From positions 229 to 64,228 of IMG/VR virus record IMGVR_UViG_3300020204_000066: DNA of 64,000 bases; one strand, given 5' to 3'. Under the pieces are notes generated by a model. The model did not search any database. It saw nothing but the letters and a program-made list of their open reading frames with translations, and was not told where the DNA came from. A program made the position numbers and the translations under genes. Positions 8,676 to 18,535 of this stretch are shown in pieces. Origin of the DNA: a virus. Its lineage: Duplodnaviria; Caudoviricetes. Position 1 is the first letter of the stretch. The number at the start of each line of letters is the position of its first letter.

Positions 8676-9815
8676 TTAGAAACCTTTATTACGTGAAATA
8701 GCCTTTAGATATGCATTCATTACAGGACTAAAGGTATCTTCGTTTAGGGGCTCCTCTGTCACTTCTGGGGTACTTTGTACCTTGTGGAAGTAACTTTCCT
8801 TAATCGTAAGTAGTTTCTCACGATAAGAACTCTCATCGGTAAATTCAATTCCTTCGGATAAAGTTTTGAACTTTTCTTTTTGAGTGTCTGCTAGACCCTC
8901 AGCAATTTCTGTTTGCAACTTATCTTTTACGAATTGATTTAGGGTATTATTAAGTTCAATATTACGCTCAATTTGCTCATTGAGGCGCTGTTCCATCTCA
9001 CCAAACTCTTCGGTCATAGTTTCGACCACATCAACTTTATCTTCTGGGATGTCAATGTAGTGCTCTTCAAATACATTCTTGAGAGCAAGAATGAATGATT
9101 CAGTAATGTCGCTCTTGATTCCCATATCAATGCTGAGTTGATTTTCTTCAACCCACTTCTCAATCACATAGTTGAGTGTTCCATCAACTTCTTCTGATAG
9201 AGAAGATTTAATTTGCTCAACTTCTTCTTGAAGTCTTGCTTGATATTGCTCCTCTAGGTGAGCAGCTTGCTCATTTAGTTTTGCTAGTAGAGCAGCTTCA
9301 AAAATAGTTTTTGCTCTATCTTTGAAACCTTCGGAAAGATCTTCGCCATATAGTAGAGCATTTACATCATCAGAAACATCAATGTCTTCTTTCTTGATCA
9401 TTTTCTTGAAAGATTTCTTATCTTCTTTTTCCTCATCTTCATCCTCTTCTTCCTTCTCTTCCTTAACTGCCTTGCCAGGGACTACTGAAGGAGGTACGGT
9501 TGGCATTGGATCGCCACCCTTTGAAGAAACTGACCCGCCTGCTTTTGAATTCTTAGCGGATGCTTTTGCTCCTAGGTTTTCAGTTCCTCCAGGATTTTCG
9601 TTTGTAGAACCACCGATCTCATCTTCCGATTGATCGTCTACTACAGAGGTTGGAACTGAAGGCATAGGATCTTTTCCGCCAGCCTTAGCATTAACTTGCG
9701 TTTTTGATTGTGTGGGTTCTTTGCCCTGACCTGGGATTACAGATGCAGGAACCGTTGGCATTGGATCCCCTTCTGAAATCATGGTTTCAAATTTTGTGTT
9801 TAACATATCTGACAT
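8676..9815 (-). CDS. g22: prohead core scaffold protein gp22
   Basis: LSEGFKDRAKTIFEAA, WVEENQL and EGLADTQKEK motifs; lies between g21 and g23. Confidence 0.93.
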   Translation of the reverse strand: MSDMLNTKFETMISEGDPMPTVPASVIPGQGKEPTQSKTQVNAKAGGKDPMPSVPTSVVDDQSEDEIGGSTNENPGGTENLGAKASAKNSKAGGSVSSKGGDPMPTVPPSVVPGKAVKEEKEEEDEDEEKEDKKSFKKMIKKEDIDVSDDVNALLYGEDLSEGFKDRAKTIFEAALLAKLNEQAAHLEEQYQARLQEEVEQIKSSLSEEVDGTLNYVIEKWVEENQLSIDMGIKSDITESFILALKNVFEEHYIDIPEDKVDVVETMTEEFGEMEQRLNEQIERNIELNNTLNQFVKDKLQTEIAEGLADTQKEKFKTLSEGIEFTDESSYREKLLTIKESYFHKVQSTPEVTEEPLNEDTFSPVMNAYLKAISRNKGF

Positions 9816-9858
9816 TGAGTTTACCTCAGCTCTTTGTAAAAACCTTTGTTTCTATGAT

Positions 9859-9866
9859 TATTTATA
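9859..9866 (-). promoter_or_regulatory. late promoter TATAAATA for g22
   Basis: Exact T4 late consensus in the g21-g22 gap. Confidence 0.8.
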
Positions 9867-9868
9867 AA

Positions 9869-10516
9869 TTATAATTTGTATAGAAAATCCTCAAAGACTT
9901 TTAAAGTCCTTTCTTCGAGATCTTTCCTATTAGTAGACTCAGAAATATACCTTTTGTATTTATCTACTTTGACTTCTCTGAGAATACCACTTTCCCAAAT
10001 CCATTCTTTTCCTTCCATAATTCCATTAACAAATGCATCAGGAGCTGAAGGATCTGCTACAATATCTGCAGCAGTCGCAAGCATGAAATCATCACGAACA
10101 TAGTTGGCACCGTTTCTCTGTTCTAGAGAACCCATACCTCTAGAAGAAACTCCTAAACGAACTCCCTCATCTAGGAGTTGTTTGGCAATATTGCCCATTG
10201 GAGTTTCTAGTAGTTTTGCCTTCCCAATAAAATTATTTCCCTCTCTTCTCAAGTTAGTAATTTTATGAGAAACACGATCCAAATTAATAGTTGGACCATC
10301 TGGATGACCTAATTCACCAAGAGCACGATTGCTAACAATATAACTTTCGCTATACTTGTTAACTTCACGTTCTAGAATATCAATAGGGTAAACCCTACCA
10401 TTTCTGTTTTTTAGTTCAGCCTGCAGAAAAATTCCTTCGATAAAATAATTTTTTCTACCGTTAGATTCTTCTATCAGAAGATTGATATCTTCTACTGTTT
10501 CTGTGATTAGTTTCAT
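9869..10516 (-). CDS. g21: prohead protease gp21
   Basis: NRNGRVYP, ALGELGHP, GVSSRGMGS and DIVADPSAPDAFV motifs. Confidence 0.97.
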   Translation of the reverse strand: MKLITETVEDINLLIEESNGRKNYFIEGIFLQAELKNRNGRVYPIDILEREVNKYSESYIVSNRALGELGHPDGPTINLDRVSHKITNLRREGNNFIGKAKLLETPMGNIAKQLLDEGVRLGVSSRGMGSLEQRNGANYVRDDFMLATAADIVADPSAPDAFVNGIMEGKEWIWESGILREVKVDKYKRYISESTNRKDLEERTLKVFEDFLYKL

Positions 10517-10704
10517 TGTTCTTCGTTTTCTGTGGATGAATTTTCATCATCATTATCTGAAGTGACAAAGTAAGAGTTAGCCACAACTTCTTTGTAGTTT
10601 TCTAACGCAGAATGTGCTTTTGCATATAGAACATCATTGATAGCATCTAGTGCATCAGACCTGTTTTTGTTGTAAATTAAATCAACAATTTGAGAAGAAT
10701 CCAT
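10513..10704 (-). CDS. small acidic protein, possible prohead core protein
   Basis: 63 aa between g20 and g21, where T4 has g67/g68. Confidence 0.65.
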   Translation of the reverse strand: MDSSQIVDLIYNKNRSDALDAINDVLYAKAHSALENYKEVVANSYFVTSDNDDENSSTENEEQ

Positions 10705-10717
10705 AGTAATAACTCCG

Positions 10718-12352
10718 TTATTTTACCGTGTCAGCATCACCTTTAGGTGGTTTTGGCGTTGTTCCCATAGTGCTACTTCCGTTTGAAGTAGGTGGGACAA
10801 GCGAATCAGCTTGTAATTTATTTAGCAATTTGGGATCAGGAACAATTCCAGAAGATATATCTTTTGCCATATCCTTATCAATTTCTTTAATTTCTTCATC
10901 AGATTGCATAAGAATTTGCTTTCTTACCCAATTGACTGAATAGTATTTTCCAAGATAAGGATCTAACATTTGAGCAACATTCAATCTACTCGTCATCAAT
11001 TCTGCATTTTTAAGTTCTGTGAAATGATTGTCAAAGTTAAAATCAAACTGGATATGCTCTTCCATTTCATCCCAGTCTTCAACTGTGATGACGCCCTTCA
11101 AAATTAATTGGGTCTTTAGTAAATCTGTAAATAAGTAACTGAATTGTTTTCTTAGTCGATTTACAAATTTAGTAAATTTCAATTCATCACGAAGGATTTC
11201 GGATGAACGACCTAAACTAAATGATTTGTTATCATCTCCTAAACGAGAAGATGGAAGGTTTAATGACTTATATAACTTAGATCTGAAGTACTCAACGTCC
11301 TTGAGTTCACCAAGGTTTTGACCGCCTGGGAGTGTAGAGATTTCGGTTCCTCTACCACCTTCACGACGAGGTAGCCAGAAATCTTCAAGCATACTCATAT
11401 GCTTTTTGTCATCACGAATTTCTCCAGTGCTTGCATCATATACAAGTTTATTTCTATAACGAGCCATAACCTCACGAAGGTATTGCTCTGCTTTTACCTT
11501 AGGAAGATTACCTACGTCAATATAGAAAATTCTTCTTTCTGGTGCTCTAGAAATTCTATAGATTACCAAACTATCCTCAATCATTCTGATTTGATTGAGT
11601 GCTTTAATTGCTTTGTTTAAATAACTTAACGTAGTCTTTTTATTAAGATCTAAAATTCCTGATGGTACAAAGGTAATTGCATCGTTGGCAATTCTAATAC
11701 CAGTATTAGTAGTGCCAGGACTGTATCCTGGATATGAACCCGCAAATCCAGAAGCGTTGTATAAAAAGTATTCAATATAATCATTATAACTAAATGCTAA
11801 TGCACTATCTTTTGCAGATTTTGTTGCTGCATTAGTATCCTTCGGTCTCACCTCACGAATTTTTTTAATCTTAAATGGATCGATATATCTTATCTCTGTT
11901 AATCCGTTTTTAGGTGATTTTAAATCGATGACTTTGTGGTAATAAAGTCTTCCATCGATGTACCACCTTCTAAAAATATCTTGTGCTTTCTTGTCAAAAG
12001 AAAGTAATTTTTTGATATTTTTAAACTCTTCTCTTATTTTCTCTTTGATACCATCACTTACATTTAAGTTTGATAGTTCAACTTCTACGGGACTATCATC
12101 CATGTCCCATACAATAGCTTCATTTACAATTTCATCAATAGCACTATCCACTTCTGGATGTAGTGCCATATCACGATATTTTCTAATCAGGTCATATTCA
12201 TTGCGAATATTTCCTTCCATATCAATATACTGACCATAATATCCGCCAGAGGATACTACGGTATTGACATCTTCCGAAGCTGGAGAAACAGGCGATTGCC
12301 CTGAGACAACCGCCTTATTTTTTCTTATTGAAAATCCAAACAAATCAGCCAT
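10718..12352 (-). CDS. g20: portal vertex protein gp20
   Basis: IYRISRAPERRIFYIDVGNLPK and EDFWLPRREGGRGTEI motifs. Confidence 0.99.
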   Translation of the reverse strand: MADLFGFSIRKNKAVVSGQSPVSPASEDVNTVVSSGGYYGQYIDMEGNIRNEYDLIRKYRDMALHPEVDSAIDEIVNEAIVWDMDDSPVEVELSNLNVSDGIKEKIREEFKNIKKLLSFDKKAQDIFRRWYIDGRLYYHKVIDLKSPKNGLTEIRYIDPFKIKKIREVRPKDTNAATKSAKDSALAFSYNDYIEYFLYNASGFAGSYPGYSPGTTNTGIRIANDAITFVPSGILDLNKKTTLSYLNKAIKALNQIRMIEDSLVIYRISRAPERRIFYIDVGNLPKVKAEQYLREVMARYRNKLVYDASTGEIRDDKKHMSMLEDFWLPRREGGRGTEISTLPGGQNLGELKDVEYFRSKLYKSLNLPSSRLGDDNKSFSLGRSSEILRDELKFTKFVNRLRKQFSYLFTDLLKTQLILKGVITVEDWDEMEEHIQFDFNFDNHFTELKNAELMTSRLNVAQMLDPYLGKYYSVNWVRKQILMQSDEEIKEIDKDMAKDISSGIVPDPKLLNKLQADSLVPPTSNGSSTMGTTPKPPKGDADTVK

Positions 12353-12376
12353 ATTAAATTGTTTTTACTGTAGTAG

Positions 12377-12383
12377 TATTTAT
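12377..12383 (-). promoter_or_regulatory. late promoter ATAAATA for g20
   Basis: Motif in the g19-g20 gap. Confidence 0.65.
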
Positions 12384-12395
12384 GCTACTATCAGA

Positions 12396-12980
12396 TCAGG
12401 TTACATCAGTAAATGTATTGTTGTTTCCTGACTGCCAGTATTGAACCTGGAATTCTACAGTATACTCTTCAATCTGATCATTGCTGTCATAAGCAAGATC
12501 AATTTGAGAAATATTTGTTGGGAAACAACCGAAGAGTTTGATAGATCTTACATAGTTAGATGATTGATCTACACCACTTCTTCCTAGTTGATGTACTACT
12601 AAATCTCTGTGGTAACCTTGGTTTGTGCTGTCTGGTGCGAATAACTCAGCAGTATTGTCTACGTGAGCATTCATACCTCTCATCCATTTTTCCATGAGAC
12701 TTCTAATTTTGAAGTCAACATCGTTGATGATGGTAACAGTCCAAGTGTCAAAAGTTCTGTCTCCAGAAACTTTTAGAACTCTTCCTCTGAAAGGGACTTC
12801 GATAACACCCATGTTGGATGCAGGAAGAGCTGCTGATTTGCATAGAAATGTAGTCAACTCAAGATCTTGATTTGATGCAGAGAGACTTGCAGGATATTCA
12901 AGATCAACTCTAAACAGATTGGGTTTTACACCACTCTTTACTTTTTCTAAGAACTGCGTTACGTTTGATGATACTGGCAT
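12396..12980 (-). CDS. g19: tail tube protein gp19
   Basis: KPNLFRV, VPFRGRVLKVSGDRTFDTWTVT and IEEYTVEFQ motifs. Confidence 0.97.
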   Translation of the reverse strand: MPVSSNVTQFLEKVKSGVKPNLFRVDLEYPASLSASNQDLELTTFLCKSAALPASNMGVIEVPFRGRVLKVSGDRTFDTWTVTIINDVDFKIRSLMEKWMRGMNAHVDNTAELFAPDSTNQGYHRDLVVHQLGRSGVDQSSNYVRSIKLFGCFPTNISQIDLAYDSNDQIEEYTVEFQVQYWQSGNNNTFTDVT

Positions 12981-13016
12981 TTGTCTATACCTCTAATTGT
13001 GGAAATTTTTTAAAAA

Positions 13017-15227
13017 TTAACGAGCAACTAATTCATCAAAAGAAATTCCCGTTCTAGTCGCAACAAATGTGATCGTGATGAAGTTGATAGAACGCGCAGG
13101 CTTGATGTAGAGTTCAGCAAAGAACTCATTTCTATCGATTACATCTGGAGTGTTATTTGTTTCGTCACATACCACTAGGAAATCATCAATACCTCTTCTT
13201 GCTCTTACTTCTCTTAGGTAAGAAGAAACAGCGTTTGCAAATGAATTTCTAGTAATCTCATCATTTAGTTCAAACAGAACAGTCTTAGCAAGATTTTCAA
13301 TTCTCTTCTCAAGAGTTAGGAATAGAAGTCTTACGTTAATTCTATCGAATGCGCTAGCAGTAGCAAGTGCAGTCTTATCACCAAAGAGAACAATACCTTG
13401 ACCAGGGAATGATGTGATAGGATTAATTCTCTTTTGATATAGCTTATCTCTGTCACCCTTATTTGGAACATATGCTAATTTAATAGCATTCTTTAGATTT
13501 CCTCTTGTAAATCCTGCTGGTGAGAACCAAGGATCGAGAATATCTGAAGTTTCTACACAGAGACCAGCAACGTCTGAGTTGCATGGAATATAACGATAGG
13601 TATCGTTAAATCTATCGTAGATGTACTTGTATCCACTATCAAATACTGCATACGAAGTGCTGCTTCCTACACCATCAAAGAATGAGATGATGTTATCTCT
13701 TTGTGATGTTACTGAAGTAGCGCCAGCGCCAACAACAGCAGCTCTGTATGGAGAAACGAAAGCTACGCAATCTTTTCTAGTTGAAGCGATATTGATTACA
13801 TTCTGAGCTTTGGTGATGCTGTCAGTTCTAGTAGAAAGACCAGGACCATTTAGAATGAAATCAATACGAATGTTCTCTACATCTGAAAACTGATTGTAAC
13901 CAGAGGTAATTTCTGCAACAGTTGGATCATAGTCATCAACACCGCCCGCAAGCGAGTATGACTTAACTTCTAGCATACCGAAAGTATTTGGAGTTCCATT
14001 GTTTGCAACTACTGATGAAGCAAGTGCTGCTCCTGTTGCACCTCCTGGATTTTCTACTGAAGTTTCCTTTGATGCACCGTAAACATATGAAGATGCTTGC
14101 TTAATTACAGTTTTGTAGTATGCAGTATCTCCCTCTGTGCTCTTAGCATCAGTTGCTTTAGATACAAAGAGAATTCTTTCTAGAACAGTGTTTGGAGTTC
14201 CAGTTAGTTTTCCTGATACATCAACCACAGCGATATGCATTTCATCATATTTTGCTTTTCTATCTTGAGCAAATTGACTGGTCTTTGGTCTTGCTGCAAT
14301 TCCAGACCATCTAATTCCAGTTGATCCAATAGTAGCATTTTCATACCAATCGTAAACGTCGTTGCAGTTTACGCTTGCTAGTTTGACCACTGAAGCACCA
14401 TTTGCGTGTGCAACTGCACTTGTGCCAAACTTTGCTCTAGTTACAGTTAAACTATTTGAAGCAACTGCGCTTACCTTTGCAACTTCTACGCCGCCAATTA
14501 GAATGTAATCGTTGGCAACAATACCTGTTCCAGATGCAACGTCAACGCTAGTAGCACCTACTGCAATAGCAGCAGATAGAGTTGTTGATGTTGATGATGA
14601 ATAGTATGTTGCTTTTGCTGCAGTTGAAGTGCCGATGAAAATTCCGTTGCTTTCAAATACTTTTACTGTATTAGCAGCAGTTGCTGCAGCATATACAACA
14701 GCACTGATTGCAGCGTTGTCACTAGTTCCTTCTAGTTGCCATACTCTGCTTCCTGCAGCAATAGTTACGTTAGATGCTAGAGTTAGTTTGTAATCATATC
14801 CATGATCAACTACTCCAACTACTAAACTATTGCCCCATGTACCAGCAGTTTTTGCTGCCCACTTGTATGGTTTTGAGTTTGAAGTTTCGATATTTGCTTC
14901 GTAATCAAGAACGTTCTCGATCAGCTCTGCAGTAGCACTGTCGCTAACAGCATTTTTAAGGTTTGCTGTCTTGATACGAGTTAGTTCTAACTGACCCCCA
15001 TAAAGGAGAAAGTTCGATGCTGTATACCAATATTCGTAGTTATTGTCGTTTGGTTTGCCAAAGGCGTCTAGTAACTCTCTCTCGGAAATAATATTAACAA
15101 TTTGATTTACTGGACCCTTTTCAAAGGGTGCAGCAAACGCAGATACATTATTTGTTAAATTGTCAACTCTTGAGTTAGTTAAATCGCGCTCTCTAATGAC
15201 AACACCAGGCGATACTTGTCCTGCCAT
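13017..15227 (-). CDS. g18: tail sheath protein gp18
   Basis: SPGVVIRERD, PWFSPAGFTRG, FDRINVRLLF and IKPARSINFI motifs. Confidence 0.98.
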   Translation of the reverse strand: MAGQVSPGVVIRERDLTNSRVDNLTNNVSAFAAPFEKGPVNQIVNIISERELLDAFGKPNDNNYEYWYTASNFLLYGGQLELTRIKTANLKNAVSDSATAELIENVLDYEANIETSNSKPYKWAAKTAGTWGNSLVVGVVDHGYDYKLTLASNVTIAAGSRVWQLEGTSDNAAISAVVYAAATAANTVKVFESNGIFIGTSTAAKATYYSSSTSTTLSAAIAVGATSVDVASGTGIVANDYILIGGVEVAKVSAVASNSLTVTRAKFGTSAVAHANGASVVKLASVNCNDVYDWYENATIGSTGIRWSGIAARPKTSQFAQDRKAKYDEMHIAVVDVSGKLTGTPNTVLERILFVSKATDAKSTEGDTAYYKTVIKQASSYVYGASKETSVENPGGATGAALASSVVANNGTPNTFGMLEVKSYSLAGGVDDYDPTVAEITSGYNQFSDVENIRIDFILNGPGLSTRTDSITKAQNVINIASTRKDCVAFVSPYRAAVVGAGATSVTSQRDNIISFFDGVGSSTSYAVFDSGYKYIYDRFNDTYRYIPCNSDVAGLCVETSDILDPWFSPAGFTRGNLKNAIKLAYVPNKGDRDKLYQKRINPITSFPGQGIVLFGDKTALATASAFDRINVRLLFLTLEKRIENLAKTVLFELNDEITRNSFANAVSSYLREVRARRGIDDFLVVCDETNNTPDVIDRNEFFAELYIKPARSINFITITFVATRTGISFDELVAR

Positions 15228-15292
15228 GTGATTCTCCTGAAGTAAAATCCAGATTTGTGTCTACATTTATTTAGTATTTTTAGTTTTTGTGA

Positions 15293-16963
15293 TCAAAGGT
15301 AAGAGAAATATGAAACTTCTGGTTGAGAAACTCCATACTCATCCATCATTGTTGCACTTCTCCAAACATTACCATCCTCATCAATATACATTTCTTCTTC
15401 AGTGCCATCTACAATAAATCCAAAGGGAGACATGTCCTGTTCAATCTGTTCCTTTTGTTCCTCATATATTCTCTTACGAACATCGTTATCAGTCATTTCC
15501 CTAAAATAGGGTTGGACTGCCAACCAAGCAAAAATAACTAAGCACATAACTAAGTCATCATTGTATCCTTCATCCGCTTCAAAGGATTGATTTTTTTGAA
15601 TAAATGTGGTAAGCTCACTTATAATTTCATAATCAGGAATAATCAACTTATCATCTTCAATTAATGTCTTTAAGTTTGAACAACCAACTTTTTTGGTCAC
15701 CTTAGACATTTTCAATCCCAATTGAGATTTAGTACCTGAGAAACCTTGACCGACTATCTGACCAGCCCTACCTCTCATAGCACACATTAAAATATTTGGA
15801 TACTCCAAGTCATAATGTAAAATATTTCCTACTTGTTCTCCAATATCATTCACTTCAATAAGTATATAACATTTATTATAGTTCTTTGCTACTTGATCTA
15901 TTATGTTTGGAAATAGAATAGGTTTAATTTCATTGTTACGATATTTTGCGACTATTTTCCATGGCAATGTAGTAACATCAACAACTACAAACGCTGAATA
16001 ATCATTATTAGTTCCCCGAGAAACGTCCACAGTCATGATATAATCATGATTTGCTTTTACTTCTTCATATACCTTCAGTCCTTTACCATTATCTTGAATA
16101 GGATCTTCAAACACCATAGAACGAAGTTTAGATGCAGAGATCAAAGTATCAACAGACCCTAAGAACTCGCATTCAAACTCTTGCGTGAACTGCCTCTCTG
16201 AGGTGTTTCTAATCGTCTCCTCTTTCCATGCTTGATCTCTGCCAGGAACTTGAGACCAATGAACTTCAAGTGGCACATAACCGTTCCTACCGCGCTCTGC
16301 GTCATGCCAGAGCTTATAGAACATGTTCATACCCTGTGGGGTAGAGATAATAATAACTTTCGTCGTCTTACCAGATGAGATAGTAGGATACACAGAGCTG
16401 AAGAACTGCTCTGCCATGTGATTAGGAACGAACGCAAACTCGTCAAGGAAGATGATGTTGAAAGAGTTTCCTCGGACTGCAGATGATGAAGTGGATGCTG
16501 CTACAATTTTGGATCCATTATCTAGTTCCATGGAACCTTTGTTCCATGCTATAATACCTTGCTGCATCCACTTCGGTAGATTTTCATATGCCAACTGCAA
16601 ACGTGACAGAAGTTCTCTTGACGTTTCTGCTTTGTTTGCAAGAATAGCAATCTTAATGTTGTCGTTGAAGACAGCATAATGCAACAGATAGGAAATAACC
16701 GTTGTAGATTTTCCTGTCTGTCTTGGAAGTTTTGCAATATTAAATCTGTTCTCGTGGAAGTTAGAGATGAGTTGCTCTTGGAAATCATACATTTCAAAAG
16801 GAATAAGACCCTCATCAAGCGAAATAATTTTTACATAGTTTCTCGCAAAGTATACAGGATCATCCTGACACCTTACAAATTCTTCAATTTGTTCCTTTGT
16901 GAAACTAATAGCGGTATTCGCTTTTTTTAAATTAGGATTACCAAGATATACTGCATCACTCAT
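15293..16963 (-). CDS. g17: terminase large subunit gp17
   Basis: YLGNPNLKK, PRQTGKS, FLDEFAF and DDLVMCL motifs; no intein or intron seen. Confidence 0.98.
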   Translation of the reverse strand: MSDAVYLGNPNLKKANTAISFTKEQIEEFVRCQDDPVYFARNYVKIISLDEGLIPFEMYDFQEQLISNFHENRFNIAKLPRQTGKSTTVISYLLHYAVFNDNIKIAILANKAETSRELLSRLQLAYENLPKWMQQGIIAWNKGSMELDNGSKIVAASTSSSAVRGNSFNIIFLDEFAFVPNHMAEQFFSSVYPTISSGKTTKVIIISTPQGMNMFYKLWHDAERGRNGYVPLEVHWSQVPGRDQAWKEETIRNTSERQFTQEFECEFLGSVDTLISASKLRSMVFEDPIQDNGKGLKVYEEVKANHDYIMTVDVSRGTNNDYSAFVVVDVTTLPWKIVAKYRNNEIKPILFPNIIDQVAKNYNKCYILIEVNDIGEQVGNILHYDLEYPNILMCAMRGRAGQIVGQGFSGTKSQLGLKMSKVTKKVGCSNLKTLIEDDKLIIPDYEIISELTTFIQKNQSFEADEGYNDDLVMCLVIFAWLAVQPYFREMTDNDVRKRIYEEQKEQIEQDMSPFGFIVDGTEEEMYIDEDGNVWRSATMMDEYGVSQPEVSYFSYL

Positions 16964-17195
16964 TTAATTTTCCTAAATCTCTTTCTAAACTCTTAAATGT
17001 ATTTAACCTTTTTTTCCACCCGTCACCTTTTGTTGTTCCTTTTGCTGGGTTGATGCATCTATCATCATTCATTCTTTCGTTATCACAAACTAAACTAGCA
17101 AGTTCTGTTTCGTTGCCTTTCTTGGTAGTGCCAGACCAAAAATGCTGCCCACCAATCCAGCACGCCCCGCATTTGGGGCAGGTTTTAGTATCCAT
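16956..17195 (-). CDS. conserved cyanophage hypothetical protein (Cys-rich)
   Basis: CPKCGACWIGGQHFWS...LVC...CINP; overlaps the g17 start. Confidence 0.75.
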   Translation of the reverse strand: MDTKTCPKCGACWIGGQHFWSGTTKKGNETELASLVCDNERMNDDRCINPAKGTTKGDGWKKRLNTFKSLERDLGKLNE

Positions 17196-17221
17196 GTGTC
17201 TTAGCTTGATATTGTAATGAT

Positions 17222-17249
17222 ATTATATATGAAAAAGAATGTTTGTCAA
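17222..17249 (-). promoter_or_regulatory. sigma70-like promoter TTGACA-16-TATAAT
   Basis: Consensus hexamers at 17249-17244 and 17227-17222, upstream of the 79-aa ORF and g17. Confidence 0.65.
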
Positions 17250-17272
17250 GTAACAAATGATATGGTTTTATG

Positions 17273-17779
17273 TCAGCAATTCCACGCACGAAGCGATTTC
17301 GATAGACGGTCTTCGCCAGTGTTATTGCTATCTTTTTGTCTCTTACGCATTCCTTTCATTCTGGCACAGAATGACGCCCTACGGGGATTTCCAACCTTTT
17401 TTGAAGGTGCCTTAAGGTCGCTTCCAGGATTTTCGCGCTCGTAAGATTTGCGTCCTTTTTCGTTAAGTCCACCATTCTTGTTCTTCCCCTCCTTACGGGT
17501 CCAAGCGGATTCCATCACTACAGGACACCTCTTTTTTCCGTGACATGGACAATTAACACCTTCTTTAGTGTGATTGCAATTATTTTTTTCAATCAAACTT
17601 ACTAAATCTATTTCTTCTGCCTCCTCATGAAGGTGTGGATGTGGAGCATATAATGGACCTTGATAATTACCAGCAAATGATTCTTTCTTAATAGCAACAG
17701 CGATACGATTTTCACAAATCTCACGCATCTCCTTAAAGGTTCTTTTCTTCTTATGTTGTGCTTTTAATTCTTTTTCCAT
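17273..17779 (-). CDS. hypothetical protein, probably 5'-truncated
   Basis: C-terminal AWTRKEGKNKNGGLNEKGR...RRASFCARM...SLRAWNC module common in T4-like phages. The frame stays open for 25 codons upstream with no start codon. Confidence 0.7.
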   Translation of the reverse strand: MEKELKAQHKKKRTFKEMREICENRIAVAIKKESFAGNYQGPLYAPHPHLHEEAEEIDLVSLIEKNNCNHTKEGVNCPCHGKKRCPVVMESAWTRKEGKNKNGGLNEKGRKSYERENPGSDLKAPSKKVGNPRRASFCARMKGMRKRQKDSNNTGEDRLSKSLRAWNC

Positions 17780-17854
17780 TTTAAGTAAGTGCTTGTAGTA
17801 ATCTGGGAACTCATCTAAATGTTGAAGAGCAATACCATATGCTTCACTGTGCCA

Positions 17855-18100
17855 TTAGTTTGCATATGCGATTTTGACAACTTTAAATGCAACGCCACCT
17901 TCAAGAGTATCTGTTGGATCTTTTTCTAGATAAGCAATTTCATTAGCATCAATAGTTACAGATCCGATAGTAGTTCCTCCAGAATCTTTTCTAGTTACTA
18001 AAGCAGCAGTGCTAGTGTTCAAAATTCTGACTACAGTTGCGAGACCAACACTAGTAGCATTAGTTAAATCTGTTTGAGTTCCTAATAGTTTAATAAGCAT
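17855..18100 (-). CDS. hypothetical protein
   Basis: 81-aa ORF with ATAAATA at 18122-18128 just upstream. Confidence 0.75.
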   Translation of the reverse strand: MLIKLLGTQTDLTNATSVGLATVVRILNTSTAALVTRKDSGGTTIGSVTIDANEIAYLEKDPTDTLEGGVAFKVVKIAYAN

Positions 18101-18120
18101 TGTGTTATTCCATTTATTTT

Positions 18121-18531
18121 CTATTTATCTTTGGCGGCATCTTTAATCATCTTCTGTAGGTCTGCTGTTGTTCCAATAAACATAGTATTATTGACAGTAG
18201 TTGGAAATGATTTTTTACCCTCAGATTTAATATCCTTCATTTTCTTTTGAAGGTCTGCTAATTTATCCGTTACATCAGCAACATGTTTAATTAATTGACC
18301 AGCAACTTCATATGCTCTCGGATGATCCGAAGATGTTGCAACATCCAAAATACCACTAACAGCCTCTTGTCCTTTTTCAATTAGACTATACAAGTGAGCT
18401 CTTGCATGTTCATAATCTTTTTGAATGTCAGCTTCTGATATGGGTTGCTCAACAGCTGATTGCACGACTTCTACTTTTTCTGCAGGAGCAAGATCAAATA
18501 TGTTGTTCATGTTATCTTCAAATTTTGTCAT
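18121..18531 (-). CDS. g16: terminase small subunit gp16
   Basis: KDYEHARAHLYSLIEKG, SDHPRAYEVAGQLIK and NNTMFIGTTADLQK motifs. Start moved to the ATG at 18531, just after the g15 stop. Confidence 0.92.
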   Translation of the reverse strand: MTKFEDNMNNIFDLAPAEKVEVVQSAVEQPISEADIQKDYEHARAHLYSLIEKGQEAVSGILDVATSSDHPRAYEVAGQLIKHVADVTDKLADLQKKMKDIKSEGKKSFPTTVNNTMFIGTTADLQKMIKDAAKDK

Positions 18532-18535
18532 ATGT

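Noticed and set aside
7260-16963. Introns, inteins or homing endonucleases in g23, g20 or g17
   Set aside because: The reading frames are continuous and of normal length.
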